Shown piece after piece: positions 19,002 through 26,821 of a stretch of 64,000 bases of DNA. A model generated the notes under the pieces. It was not told the origin of the DNA. It saw only the letters and a program-made list of their open reading frames with translations, and searched no databases. The DNA comes from Rhodospirillaceae bacterium (GTDB lineage: Bacteria; Pseudomonadota; Alphaproteobacteria; MPNO01; VGEU01). The DNA lies in the NCBI GenBank assembly GCA_050249455.1, contig JBFWQM010000002.1, forward strand, positions 8,888-72,887, given 5' to 3'. Made by a program: the position numbers and the translations under genes. Within the stretch, counting starts at the first letter, position 1, and the number at the start of each line of letters is the position of its first letter.

Positions 19002-19140
19002 GCCTGCGGCACGGAGAGTGCATTATGGTTATTTCCGGTTGGTTTCGAAACCGTCGATTCTGCGCCCCGGCCCGATCCGGATGAGCGCGTAGGGCGTCGC
19101 CTCCCTATCTTCCGTTCTTACACGTATAAGTAGTATTCAT

Positions 19141-19166
19141 AAAAAGCCTGCGTCTGCAGGTTTTTT
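19141..19166. promoter_or_regulatory. terminator-like hairpin inside the AT-rich leader/promoter region of the RTX gene
   Basis: AAAAAGCCTGC-gtct-GCAGGTTTTTT has an A-run before and a T-run after the stem. It lies 28 nt upstream of the RTX start codon. Confidence 0.4.
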
Positions 19167-19193
19167 AGATATTTAATCAATTGGGAGGCTTCG

Positions 19194-21668
19194 ATGGCGA
19201 CCAAGATCGGGTCAGAGTTCGCAGTCAATTCCACCACCTCGGGCAAACAGGTGCCCGGCGGCGTCACGGCTCTCAGCAACGGCCACTTCGTCGCCGGCTG
19301 GTACGACACCAGCGGCGCCGGTGCCGACACGTCCGTCTCCGCGCTGCGGGCCCAGATATTCGACGGCGACGGCGATGCCGTCGGGAGCGAGTTCCAGCTC
19401 AACACCAGCGCCTCGGGCGAACAGGGGCACGAGCGCGTCACCGCGCTGGGCGACGGCCGTTTCGTCGCCACCTGGTCCGACTGGGGCTCCAACGGCGGCG
19501 GCGATTCCAGCAGCGACGCCGTGCGCGGCCAAGTCTTCGATTCCGACGGCGACAAGGTCGGCAGCGAGTTCCTGATCAATACCACCACGGCGAACAGCCA
19601 GATGTGGCCGCGCGCGACCCTGCTGACCAACGGCAACTTCCTGGTCACCTGGGACGACTACAGCGCCTCGGGCGGCGACACCTCGGGCGTGGCGGTGCGC
19701 GCCCAGATCTTCGATCCCGACGGCGACAAGGTCGGCAGCGAGATCTTGGTCAACGCGACGACGTCTTCGAACCAGCAGCACAGCTACGTGGCGGGCCTGG
19801 CGGGAGGCGGGTTCGTTGCCGTGTACAACGACCTCAGCCAATCCGGCGGCGACATCAGCAGCTACGCCATCCGCGCCCGGCGCTTCGACGGCTCCGGCAG
19901 CGCGGTCGGCAGCGAATTCCTGGTCAATTCCACCACTTCGGGCGCGCAGCAGGAAGCGTCCGTCGCCGGCCTGGCTGGCGGCGGCTTCGTGGTGGTCTGG
20001 GAGGACCATTCGAGCGGCACCTGGTCGCGCGACGTGAAGGGCCGGGTGTTCGACGCATCCGGCAGCGCGGTTGGCGGCGAGTTCACGGTCAACACCACGA
20101 CTACGGACACGCAGAACCATCCGGAGGTCGCGGCGCTGCCGACCGGCGGTTTCGTCGTCGTGTGGGGCGACGTCCATTTCAATACCGGCGTTTCCGAGTA
20201 CGACACCGGCGAGGTGCGCGGGCAGGAATTCGATGCCGACGGCGACAAGGTGGGCTCGGAGTTCCTGGTCAACACCACGACCGCCGGCGTCCAGATGAAC
20301 CCGCACATCGCGGTGTTCGACGACGGCCGCTTCGTCGTCGCATGGCGCGACAACAACGACACCGGGGCGGTCACCGCGGCATGGGACGGGCGCGCCCAGC
20401 TGTTCATCGCGGAGAACGCGGTGACGCCGCCGGAGCTGGTATCGACCGCGCCGGCCGACGACGCCGGCGACGTGGCCGCCGCCGCCGACATCGTGCTGAC
20501 CTTCGACGAGGACGTGATCGCCGGCACCGGGTCGATCACGATCGTCAACGCCGACGACGCCGACGACAGCCGCGTGCTGGCGGCGGACGGCGCGCAGGTG
20601 ACATTCGACGGCGACACCGTGACCCTCGACCCCACGGCGGACCTTCGGATCGGCGAGCGCTACTACGTCCTGGTCGGCGACGAGGCGGTGACCGACCTGC
20701 TCGGCACGCCGTTCGCCGGCATCGCCGATCCGACGACGTTCAATTTCTCGATCGGCCCGGACGAGGCGGAAGTCGTGCCGGGCGAGGACGGCGACACCCA
20801 TCTCGGCACCACCGGGGCCGACACCGTGAGCGCCGGGGCGGGCACGGACACGATCGTCGCCGGCGCAGGGGCCGACTCGCTCGACGCGGGCTCGGGCGAC
20901 GACTCGGTCTCCGCCGGCCCGGGCAACGACACGGTCGCCGGGGGCTCGGGCGACGACTGGATCGACGGCGGCGCCGGCGCGGACTCGATGGACGGCGGCA
21001 GCGGCGCCGACGCCATCGCCGGCGGCAGCGGCAACGACACCATCCTGGGTGGGCTCGGCGACGATTCGATCGACGGCGGCGGCGGCCGGGACTCGATCGC
21101 CGGTGGCAACGGCGCCGACACGATCCTGGGCGGCGAAGGCGACGACACGATCGATGGCGGCGCGGGTGATGATTCCATCATCGGCGCCGCCGGCCAGGAT
21201 ACCGTCGTGGCGGGATCCGGCGACGATTCGGTCGACGGCGACGTCGGCAACGACGACCTCGCCGGCGGCCTGGGCAGCGATGTCCTGATCGGCGGCGACG
21301 GCGATGACACGCTCGACGGCGGCAACGGCGACGACAGCCTGTCCGGCGGTTCGGGCGGCGACGAACTGGTCGGCGGCCTCGGCGCCGATACGCTCAACGG
21401 AGGCGCCGATGACGACGATCTCTACGGCGGCGCCGGCAACGACGTTTTCGTGCTCGCCGCCGGCTGCGGCGACGACACGATCCACGACTACGCGGCCGAC
21501 CGCGACCAGGTCGATCTGTCGGCCTTCGCCTTCGCGGACTTCGCCGCGGTGCTGGCGGCGACCGCTTATGCCGGCGGCGACAGCACGATCGACCTCGGCG
21601 GCGGCCACAGCGTCGTGCTGGTCGGGGTCACATTGAGCGGCGCCGACGCCGACTCGTTCGTCCTTTAG
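19194..21668 (+). CDS. RTX (hemolysin-type calcium-binding) repeat protein with a 7-repeat N-terminal module and an Ig-like (SbsA/Big_5-type) domain
   Basis: No signal peptide. Seven units of about 58 aa begin GSEF.VN(T/S)TT. An Ig-like segment follows (LVSTAPADDAGDVAAAADIVLTFDEDV). Then about 24 GGxGxD nonapeptides. RBS GGGAGG. Confidence 0.9.
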   Translation: MATKIGSEFAVNSTTSGKQVPGGVTALSNGHFVAGWYDTSGAGADTSVSALRAQIFDGDGDAVGSEFQLNTSASGEQGHERVTALGDGRFVATWSDWGSNGGGDSSSDAVRGQVFDSDGDKVGSEFLINTTTANSQMWPRATLLTNGNFLVTWDDYSASGGDTSGVAVRAQIFDPDGDKVGSEILVNATTSSNQQHSYVAGLAGGGFVAVYNDLSQSGGDISSYAIRARRFDGSGSAVGSEFLVNSTTSGAQQEASVAGLAGGGFVVVWEDHSSGTWSRDVKGRVFDASGSAVGGEFTVNTTTTDTQNHPEVAALPTGGFVVVWGDVHFNTGVSEYDTGEVRGQEFDADGDKVGSEFLVNTTTAGVQMNPHIAVFDDGRFVVAWRDNNDTGAVTAAWDGRAQLFIAENAVTPPELVSTAPADDAGDVAAAADIVLTFDEDVIAGTGSITIVNADDADDSRVLAADGAQVTFDGDTVTLDPTADLRIGERYYVLVGDEAVTDLLGTPFAGIADPTTFNFSIGPDEAEVVPGEDGDTHLGTTGADTVSAGAGTDTIVAGAGADSLDAGSGDDSVSAGPGNDTVAGGSGDDWIDGGAGADSMDGGSGADAIAGGSGNDTILGGLGDDSIDGGGGRDSIAGGNGADTILGGEGDDTIDGGAGDDSIIGAAGQDTVVAGSGDDSVDGDVGNDDLAGGLGSDVLIGGDGDDTLDGGNGDDSLSGGSGGDELVGGLGADTLNGGADDDDLYGGAGNDVFVLAAGCGDDTIHDYAADRDQVDLSAFAFADFAAVLAATAYAGGDSTIDLGGGHSVVLVGVTLSGADADSFVL
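19209..20420 (+). repeat. seven tandem ~58-codon repeats (blade-like) in the RTX gene
   Basis: The unit GSEF.VN.TT...Q..P.V..L..G.FVV.W.D......GV.G..FD..G recurs seven times. Confidence 0.75.
20806..21450 (+). repeat. RTX nonapeptide array (~24 GGxGxD units)
   Basis: An uninterrupted run of G-x-G-x-D-x-(I/L/V)-x-G nonamers. Confidence 0.85.
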
Positions 21669-21678
21669 CGGGGGGCGG

Positions 21679-22977
21679 TCAGCGGTACAGCGGCACCGCG
21701 GCGATGCGGCGGTCGATCTCCTGGATCGCCGCCGCATAGGCCGGGCTGTTCAGGTCGCCGTAGCGGCGCTTGAAGACGGCCTCGCTCAGGCCCTCGGGCA
21801 GGTCGCCGACCTTGGGGAAGAAGTCGGCCTCCTTCGGCTGGCCGGCCAGCGCCTGCTGGACCCGGCGGGCGGCGTCGGCGCCCGCGGTCGCCCGCTCGGC
21901 CAGCCGCACCCCGGTGCGGTCGGCGGCGATGTCGGTCAGGCTGAAGCCGGACGGGCCGTCGGCGTCCTTGATCTCCTTCACCTCGCCGATCACGTTGGCC
22001 GCGCCGGTGCCGCCGACGACGGTGAGCGCCGCCGAGATGGTGAAATGCTGCACCCAGTCGTGGCGGCCCTCCAGCTTGACGTGGCGGCTGTCCGGCATCG
22101 GGCCAGCCAATGCGCCGGTGCGCACCGGGCCGACCACCCGCTCGAAGCGGTCGTCGCCGAAATACGTCGCCAGCGCCAGGAGGAGGGCGCCGTTCTCCGC
22201 CGCCGGGTCGCCGTTGCGCGACCGTTCGGCGGCGAGCTGGAACAGGGGGCCCACGAAGGCGGCGAACGACACCGGCCGCGGGCCCGGGTTGGCCTTGGCG
22301 AGGCGCGCGATCTCGGCGTAGTACGCGCGCACCGTCTCGGCGTTGGCGATGTCGAGCGCGCGGCGGGCGGCGGACTTCACGTCCTCCGCCAACGTCGGCG
22401 GGGGGCGGAATCCGACGGTTATGCGGTTGCCCGTCACCGCGACCGAGCGCACGCTCGCCAGCATCTCCTCGCCCTTGCCGGGGCCGGCCAGCCGGTCGAA
22501 GGCGCGGGCGGCGGCATAGCGCACCAGCGCCGGCGGCACCTCGATGCGGCCGATCGAGAACTGCGCGATCTCGAGGCCTGCCGTCGACGGCGCGACGATG
22601 GCGTGCAGGTTGAGGTAGCGGCCGAACCGCTCGAGCTGGCCCGGCAGCTCCACCGTGGCGCCCATCTGCACCCCGGCGCGCGACGCCGCGACCCCGCCGG
22701 AAACCCGCCACACGGCGGTCAGCGCGGTGGCGATCGCGGCGTTGACCTCGCGGTCGGTGGCGGTGACGGTGGAGACGCGGTCGGGCGGCATCTCGCGCGG
22801 GTCGGCGCGCTGCAGCAGCGCCCGCGCGCGCGTCACCTCGTCGAACGCGAGGTCGCCGGTCTTGGTGTAGATCGGCGCCTTGTCGAGCCCCCACAGCACC
22901 AGCGCCGCCGGCACGGCGAGCAGCGCCAGCGGCACCAGGATGACGACCAGGACGATCAGGCGGACGATCAGGCGCAT
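21679..22977 (-). CDS. membrane-anchored hypothetical protein
   Basis: Start at MRLIVRLIVLVVILVPLALLAVPAALVLW (an N-terminal TM helix). The soluble domain of about 400 aa has natural composition. I do not recognise the family. Confidence 0.6.
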   Translation of the reverse strand: MRLIVRLIVLVVILVPLALLAVPAALVLWGLDKAPIYTKTGDLAFDEVTRARALLQRADPREMPPDRVSTVTATDREVNAAIATALTAVWRVSGGVAASRAGVQMGATVELPGQLERFGRYLNLHAIVAPSTAGLEIAQFSIGRIEVPPALVRYAAARAFDRLAGPGKGEEMLASVRSVAVTGNRITVGFRPPPTLAEDVKSAARRALDIANAETVRAYYAEIARLAKANPGPRPVSFAAFVGPLFQLAAERSRNGDPAAENGALLLALATYFGDDRFERVVGPVRTGALAGPMPDSRHVKLEGRHDWVQHFTISAALTVVGGTGAANVIGEVKEIKDADGPSGFSLTDIAADRTGVRLAERATAGADAARRVQQALAGQPKEADFFPKVGDLPEGLSEAVFKRRYGDLNSPAYAAAIQEIDRRIAAVPLYR

Positions 22978-23044
22978 GGCGGCAGGTTGTCGCCCGGGGG
23001 TGAAGGTTTGGTCAATCGCGGGCCGCGTACCGGACCCGGTGACG

Positions 23045-23115
23045 CCCCCTCCCGCGAGGGGGGGGCTAGTAGAGACTTCCCCTCCCCTCACGGGAGGGGG
23101 TTGGGGGGAGGGGGC
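23045..23115. repeat. ORF-less derivative of the DUF559-cassette repeat (truncated right arm, 12-nt spacer, full left arm)
   Basis: 23045-23066 is CCCCCTCCCGCGAGGGGGGGGC. The spacer is tagtagagactt. 23079-23115 is CCCCTCCCCTCACGGGAGGGGGTTGGGGGGAGGGGGC. Confidence 0.6.
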
Positions 23116-23130
23116 GGAAAAATGGAGTCT

Positions 23131-24690
23131 TCAGCCGCGCCCCTGCTTCCACAGGGCGACCAGGCCGTTGCGGTCGACCTTGCCGCGGTCGGTCTTGAGG
23201 ATGGTCTCGACGAAGACGATCTCCTTCGGCCGCTTGAAATCCGGCAGCGCGGCGGCGCAGTGTGCCTGCACGGCGGCGGCATCCAGCGCGCGGCCGGCCT
23301 TCGGCGCGACGTAGCACACCACCGCCTCGCCGTAGATCGGGTCGGGCACGCCGACGGTGGCGGCCTCCGCGATGTCGGGATGGGTCATCAAGAGGTTGTC
23401 GATCTCCAGCGGCGCGATGTTGACGCCGCCGCGGATGATCAGGTCCTTGGCGCGGCCGGTCACGTAGAGGAAGCCGTCCGGGTCGAGATAGCCGAGGTCG
23501 CCGGTCTTCAGCCGGTTGCCGCGGATCTGCTGCACGGTGCCGTCCTCCAGCAGGTAGCCGAAGGCGTTCTGCGCGCCGCCGATCTCAATTTCGCCGACCG
23601 CGCCCTGCGGCAGCTTCTGGCCGTCCTCGCCGACGATGCGCAGGTTCTGGTAGAGCCCCGGCCGGCCGACCGAGCCGATGCGCCGCGTCTCCGGGCTGTT
23701 GCCGGCGACCACGCCGCCTTCGCTCATGCCGTAGAGCTGGACCAGGCGGATGCCGTAGGTCTCCTCGAACCGGCGGTGCTGGTCGAGCATCAGCGGCGCG
23801 GTCGACGACGACATGAAGCGCAGGCTGCCGAACTGCCGCGTCCGCACGTCGACCGGGCGGTCGAGCAGCATGTTGATGACGGTCGGCACGCCGATCGCGA
23901 TGGTCGGCTTCAGGTCGCGCACCCAGTCGAAGAACCGGCTCTGCGAGAAGCGCTTTGCGAACAGCAATGTCGCGCCCGACAGCAGGCACGGGTGCAGGCA
24001 CAGCATGTGCGACGACGCCCAGCTGAACGAGCGGTATTCCAGGATGCGGTCGGCCTCGCTCAGTCCCCACATCGCGACCGTTTGCTCGGCGATGCGCTGG
24101 TAGTCGTCGAAGCTGTGCATCACGCCCTTGGGCTTGGCGGACGTGCCCGAGGTGAAGCTGATCAAGGCGAGGTCGTCGGGCGCCGCGGTGCACGCCAGCT
24201 CCGGCGCATCCGGCAGCGCATCGACCGCCGCGAACAGCCCGCCGTCGTCGCTGCCGAACGCGCCGAACGGGATCCAGTCGCCGGGCGCGCCGACGCCGAG
24301 CGCCTCCGGGTCGAGCGTCCTGTCCCACAGCACCAGCTTCGGCTGCAGCCGCGACAGCATCTCCTTCAGATGGGCCGACTGGATCTCGACGTTGACCGTG
24401 CAGTAGGTCGCGCCGGCGCGCATCACCGCGTAATAGAGGACGACGTTCTCCAGCGAGTTGTCCGTCATCACGGCGATGCGGTCGCCCGGCCCGATGCCCC
24501 GGTCCGCGCAGAACCGGGCGAACCGGTTGGCGAAGCGATAGAGCGCGTCCCAGCCGACCGAGGTGCCCTGGTCGATCGAATGCAGGAACGTCCGCCCGCC
24601 GTGCCGCGCCGCGCCGGCGCGCAGCAGGTCGAGCACGCTGCGGAAGCTGCCCGGCGGCGGGGCGGCGGGGATGTCTGCGGTCAAGCTCAC
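23131..24690 (-). CDS. AMP-dependent synthetase/ligase (acyl- or aryl-CoA ligase)
   Basis: Contains SFTSGTSAKPKGV (the AMP-binding motif), YGMSEGG, TGDLGYLDPDGFLYVTGRAKD and the terminal K in GKVDR. A GTG start at 24690 after GGGAGA is preferred, because the longer track ORF runs through the DUF559 cassette in another frame. Confidence 0.85.
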   Translation of the reverse strand: MSLTADIPAAPPPGSFRSVLDLLRAGAARHGGRTFLHSIDQGTSVGWDALYRFANRFARFCADRGIGPGDRIAVMTDNSLENVVLYYAVMRAGATYCTVNVEIQSAHLKEMLSRLQPKLVLWDRTLDPEALGVGAPGDWIPFGAFGSDDGGLFAAVDALPDAPELACTAAPDDLALISFTSGTSAKPKGVMHSFDDYQRIAEQTVAMWGLSEADRILEYRSFSWASSHMLCLHPCLLSGATLLFAKRFSQSRFFDWVRDLKPTIAIGVPTVINMLLDRPVDVRTRQFGSLRFMSSSTAPLMLDQHRRFEETYGIRLVQLYGMSEGGVVAGNSPETRRIGSVGRPGLYQNLRIVGEDGQKLPQGAVGEIEIGGAQNAFGYLLEDGTVQQIRGNRLKTGDLGYLDPDGFLYVTGRAKDLIIRGGVNIAPLEIDNLLMTHPDIAEAATVGVPDPIYGEAVVCYVAPKAGRALDAAAVQAHCAAALPDFKRPKEIVFVETILKTDRGKVDRNGLVALWKQGRG

Positions 24691-25172
24691 GCGCGTCTCC
24701 CAGGAGCGAAAGCCCCCTCCCCTCGCGGGAGGGGGTTGGGGGAGGGGGTGTCCGAAGCGCATCGCCGCTCGACCGTCTCCGCGATCGTCTGCACCACGCT
24801 TTCGAGATTGGTCAGCACGTCGTGGTTCCAAAATCGCATGATTTCGTAACCTTGCGCGACAAGCCACGCGTCGCGCTCCGCATCGCGCCGACGATCCGGT
24901 GCACGCGTGTGCTGTCCGCCATCGATTTCGACCGCGATGCGCGCGGGAAAGCAGACGAAGTCGACAACGTAGGGGCCGAGCGGTACTTGACGGCGGAAGC
25001 GCAGTCCGCCGAGGGCGTGACGGCGGAGCGCAAACCACAGACGAGTCTCGGCTTCGGTCATGCGCTTGCGCAGCGAGCGTGCCCGCCCGGTGAGGTCGGC
25101 GGACGGCACCGCCCCCTCCCCCAACCCCCTCCCGCGAGGGGAGGGGGCTCTTCCTCGCGCGGTCGGGCTCAT
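24687..25172 (-). CDS. DUF559 (Vsr-like / PD-(D/E)xK-type endonuclease fold) protein, copy 1
   Basis: Core block TEAETRLWFALRRHALGGLRFRRQVPLGPYVVDFVCFPARIAVEIDGGQH...RDAWLVAQGYEIMRFWNHDV. Both protein termini are encoded by the flanking G/C repeats (PSPRGRGLGEG, PSPNPLPRGEG). The ATG at 25061 is an alternative start. Confidence 0.75.
   Translation of the reverse strand: MSPTARGRAPSPRGRGLGEGAVPSADLTGRARSLRKRMTEAETRLWFALRRHALGGLRFRRQVPLGPYVVDFVCFPARIAVEIDGGQHTRAPDRRRDAERDAWLVAQGYEIMRFWNHDVLTNLESVVQTIAETVERRCASDTPSPNPLPRGEGAFAPGRRA
24712..25148 (-). mobile_element. DUF559 cassette 1: ORF bounded by perfect 37-bp inverted repeats
   Basis: 24712-24748 is GCCCCCTCCCCTCGCGGGAGGGGGTTGGGGGAGGGGG. 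25112-25148 is its exact reverse complement. The DUF559 core lies between them. Confidence 0.5.
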
Positions 25173-25176
25173 TGCT

Positions 25177-26685
25177 TCACGCGAACCCGGTGTCGCCCAT
25201 GAACCGCAGATATTCCGACTGCTGCGCCTTCATCTGGCGGATTTCCTCGGGCGTGAACCACTTGGTGAAGTCCATCTGCTGGACCGGGTAGACCGCGCGG
25301 GTGAAGTGCTCCTTGGCGGCGAGCGGGACGGTGGCGTCGATGCCGAGGCCGCCGTCGAACATCGAGACCTGCTCGGCGGCCGACATGCGCTCGGCCGGCA
25401 TGTAGGCGTGGCCCTTGCCGCCGGCGGCACCGGTGATGATGTCGGTGTGCGGGTTGACCCGGGTCGACATCGCCCACAGCACGTCCTCGGGCTGGTAGAT
25501 GTCGATGTCCTCGTCGACCACCACCACCATGCGCATGCCGCGCGCCAGGCCCATCACCGCGGCCAGCAGGTTGCGCTGCAGCCCCTCGTCGGAGCGGCGG
25601 CGCTTCTTCACCTGGATCACGATGCCGCCCCACATCATGAACGCGGTCGGCGCGGTGACGTCCAGCACGAAGCCGGGCGCGATGCGCTCGCACAGCTCGA
25701 AGTAGTTGGCCGCCGCGAACGGCACCCACTGCCAGATCGAGCCGAGATGCGGCACGAAGTAGATCGGCTTGTCCTTGCGATGGGTGATCGCCGTCACCTC
25801 GAACCGCCGCGCGCGGTAGGCGCGGCCCATGTAGCGCGCCCATTCCGGGTGGAACATCGCGGTGCCCTGCGATGCGGTGCGCTCCGCCTCCTCGGTCTCC
25901 CAGACCCGCTGGCTGGGCACGATGTAGCCCTCGATCACGTACTCGGCGTTGGCCACCGCATAGGCGTCCACCGTCTTCGCCTTGACGATCTCGATCGGCG
26001 CGCCGCCCATCCGCCCGGCGCAGCCGAGCTCGTCGTCCACCGTCGGGAAGATCGCGGCGTTGAGGAAGCCCATCCCCATCAGCTCGACCATCGGCGGCGG
26101 CGAGACGTTGACCGTGCACGGGATGCGCTGGTCGTAGTTGGCGTCGGCGATCTGGTCGCCGTGGCCGCCCGGCACCATGTTGATCGAGGCGTAGTCGTTG
26201 CCGCGGAAGCTCATGCGGTAGAACGACAGCTGGTTGCCGCCATTGGCCCACTTGCCGCTGATGCAGTGGACGCCGGAGCCGAAGAAGCGGCCGCCGTCGA
26301 GCGGGGTGTGCTGCACCATCGGCAGGACCGCGAAGGGGTTCACCTCCTCGCGCGGGATCACCACCTCCTGGCACGGCGCGTCCTTGACCTCGACCGGCGG
26401 CAGCGGGTTCTTGATGCCGTCCAGCACCTTGAACTTGGTGTCGCGCATGTGGTCGACGCCGAGCAGCTTGCACAGCCGCTCGCGCCGGCCCCACAGGCTC
26501 GCGATCAGCCGCGCGTTGGGATAGCCGGTGACGTTCTCCATCAGGAACGCGGGCCCGTCGTCGAAGGCCTTGTTGATGGCGGTCGCCTCCAGCACCGGGC
26601 TGACCGGGGCGGCGACCTTCTTCACGTCGGGCCCGAGCCAGTCGAGCGTGGTCCTGAGGCTCTTGAGCGCTTCCTCGCGGTTCAT
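25177..26685 (-). CDS. UbiD-family decarboxylase, paralogue 2 (divergent)
   Basis: Start at MNREEALK. UbiD-like blocks are AFLMENVTGYP, GGRFFGSGVHCI, NQLSFYRM and the GGIVIQVKKRR region. About 502 aa. Confidence 0.8.
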   Translation of the reverse strand: MNREEALKSLRTTLDWLGPDVKKVAAPVSPVLEATAINKAFDDGPAFLMENVTGYPNARLIASLWGRRERLCKLLGVDHMRDTKFKVLDGIKNPLPPVEVKDAPCQEVVIPREEVNPFAVLPMVQHTPLDGGRFFGSGVHCISGKWANGGNQLSFYRMSFRGNDYASINMVPGGHGDQIADANYDQRIPCTVNVSPPPMVELMGMGFLNAAIFPTVDDELGCAGRMGGAPIEIVKAKTVDAYAVANAEYVIEGYIVPSQRVWETEEAERTASQGTAMFHPEWARYMGRAYRARRFEVTAITHRKDKPIYFVPHLGSIWQWVPFAAANYFELCERIAPGFVLDVTAPTAFMMWGGIVIQVKKRRRSDEGLQRNLLAAVMGLARGMRMVVVVDEDIDIYQPEDVLWAMSTRVNPHTDIITGAAGGKGHAYMPAERMSAAEQVSMFDGGLGIDATVPLAAKEHFTRAVYPVQQMDFTKWFTPEEIRQMKAQQSEYLRFMGDTGFA

Positions 26686-26821
26686 TCGTAAGTTCCCTAT
26701 CGAAATGGCGGGCGCACTGTAGCGCCGCGGGCGGCGGAAATGAAAGGCTCGACCGGCTTGACCGCGCTCGCGCGGCGACGCAAAAGTGGATGACCGACAG
26801 GCATCATAAGGGGAAGCCGCC

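Noticed and set aside
23131-25038. 635-aa extended form of the CoA ligase ORF
   Set aside because: The N-terminal ~116 codons run through the DUF559 cassette in a different frame and have junk-like composition. A GTG with an RBS at 24690 gives a normal-length AMP-binding enzyme.
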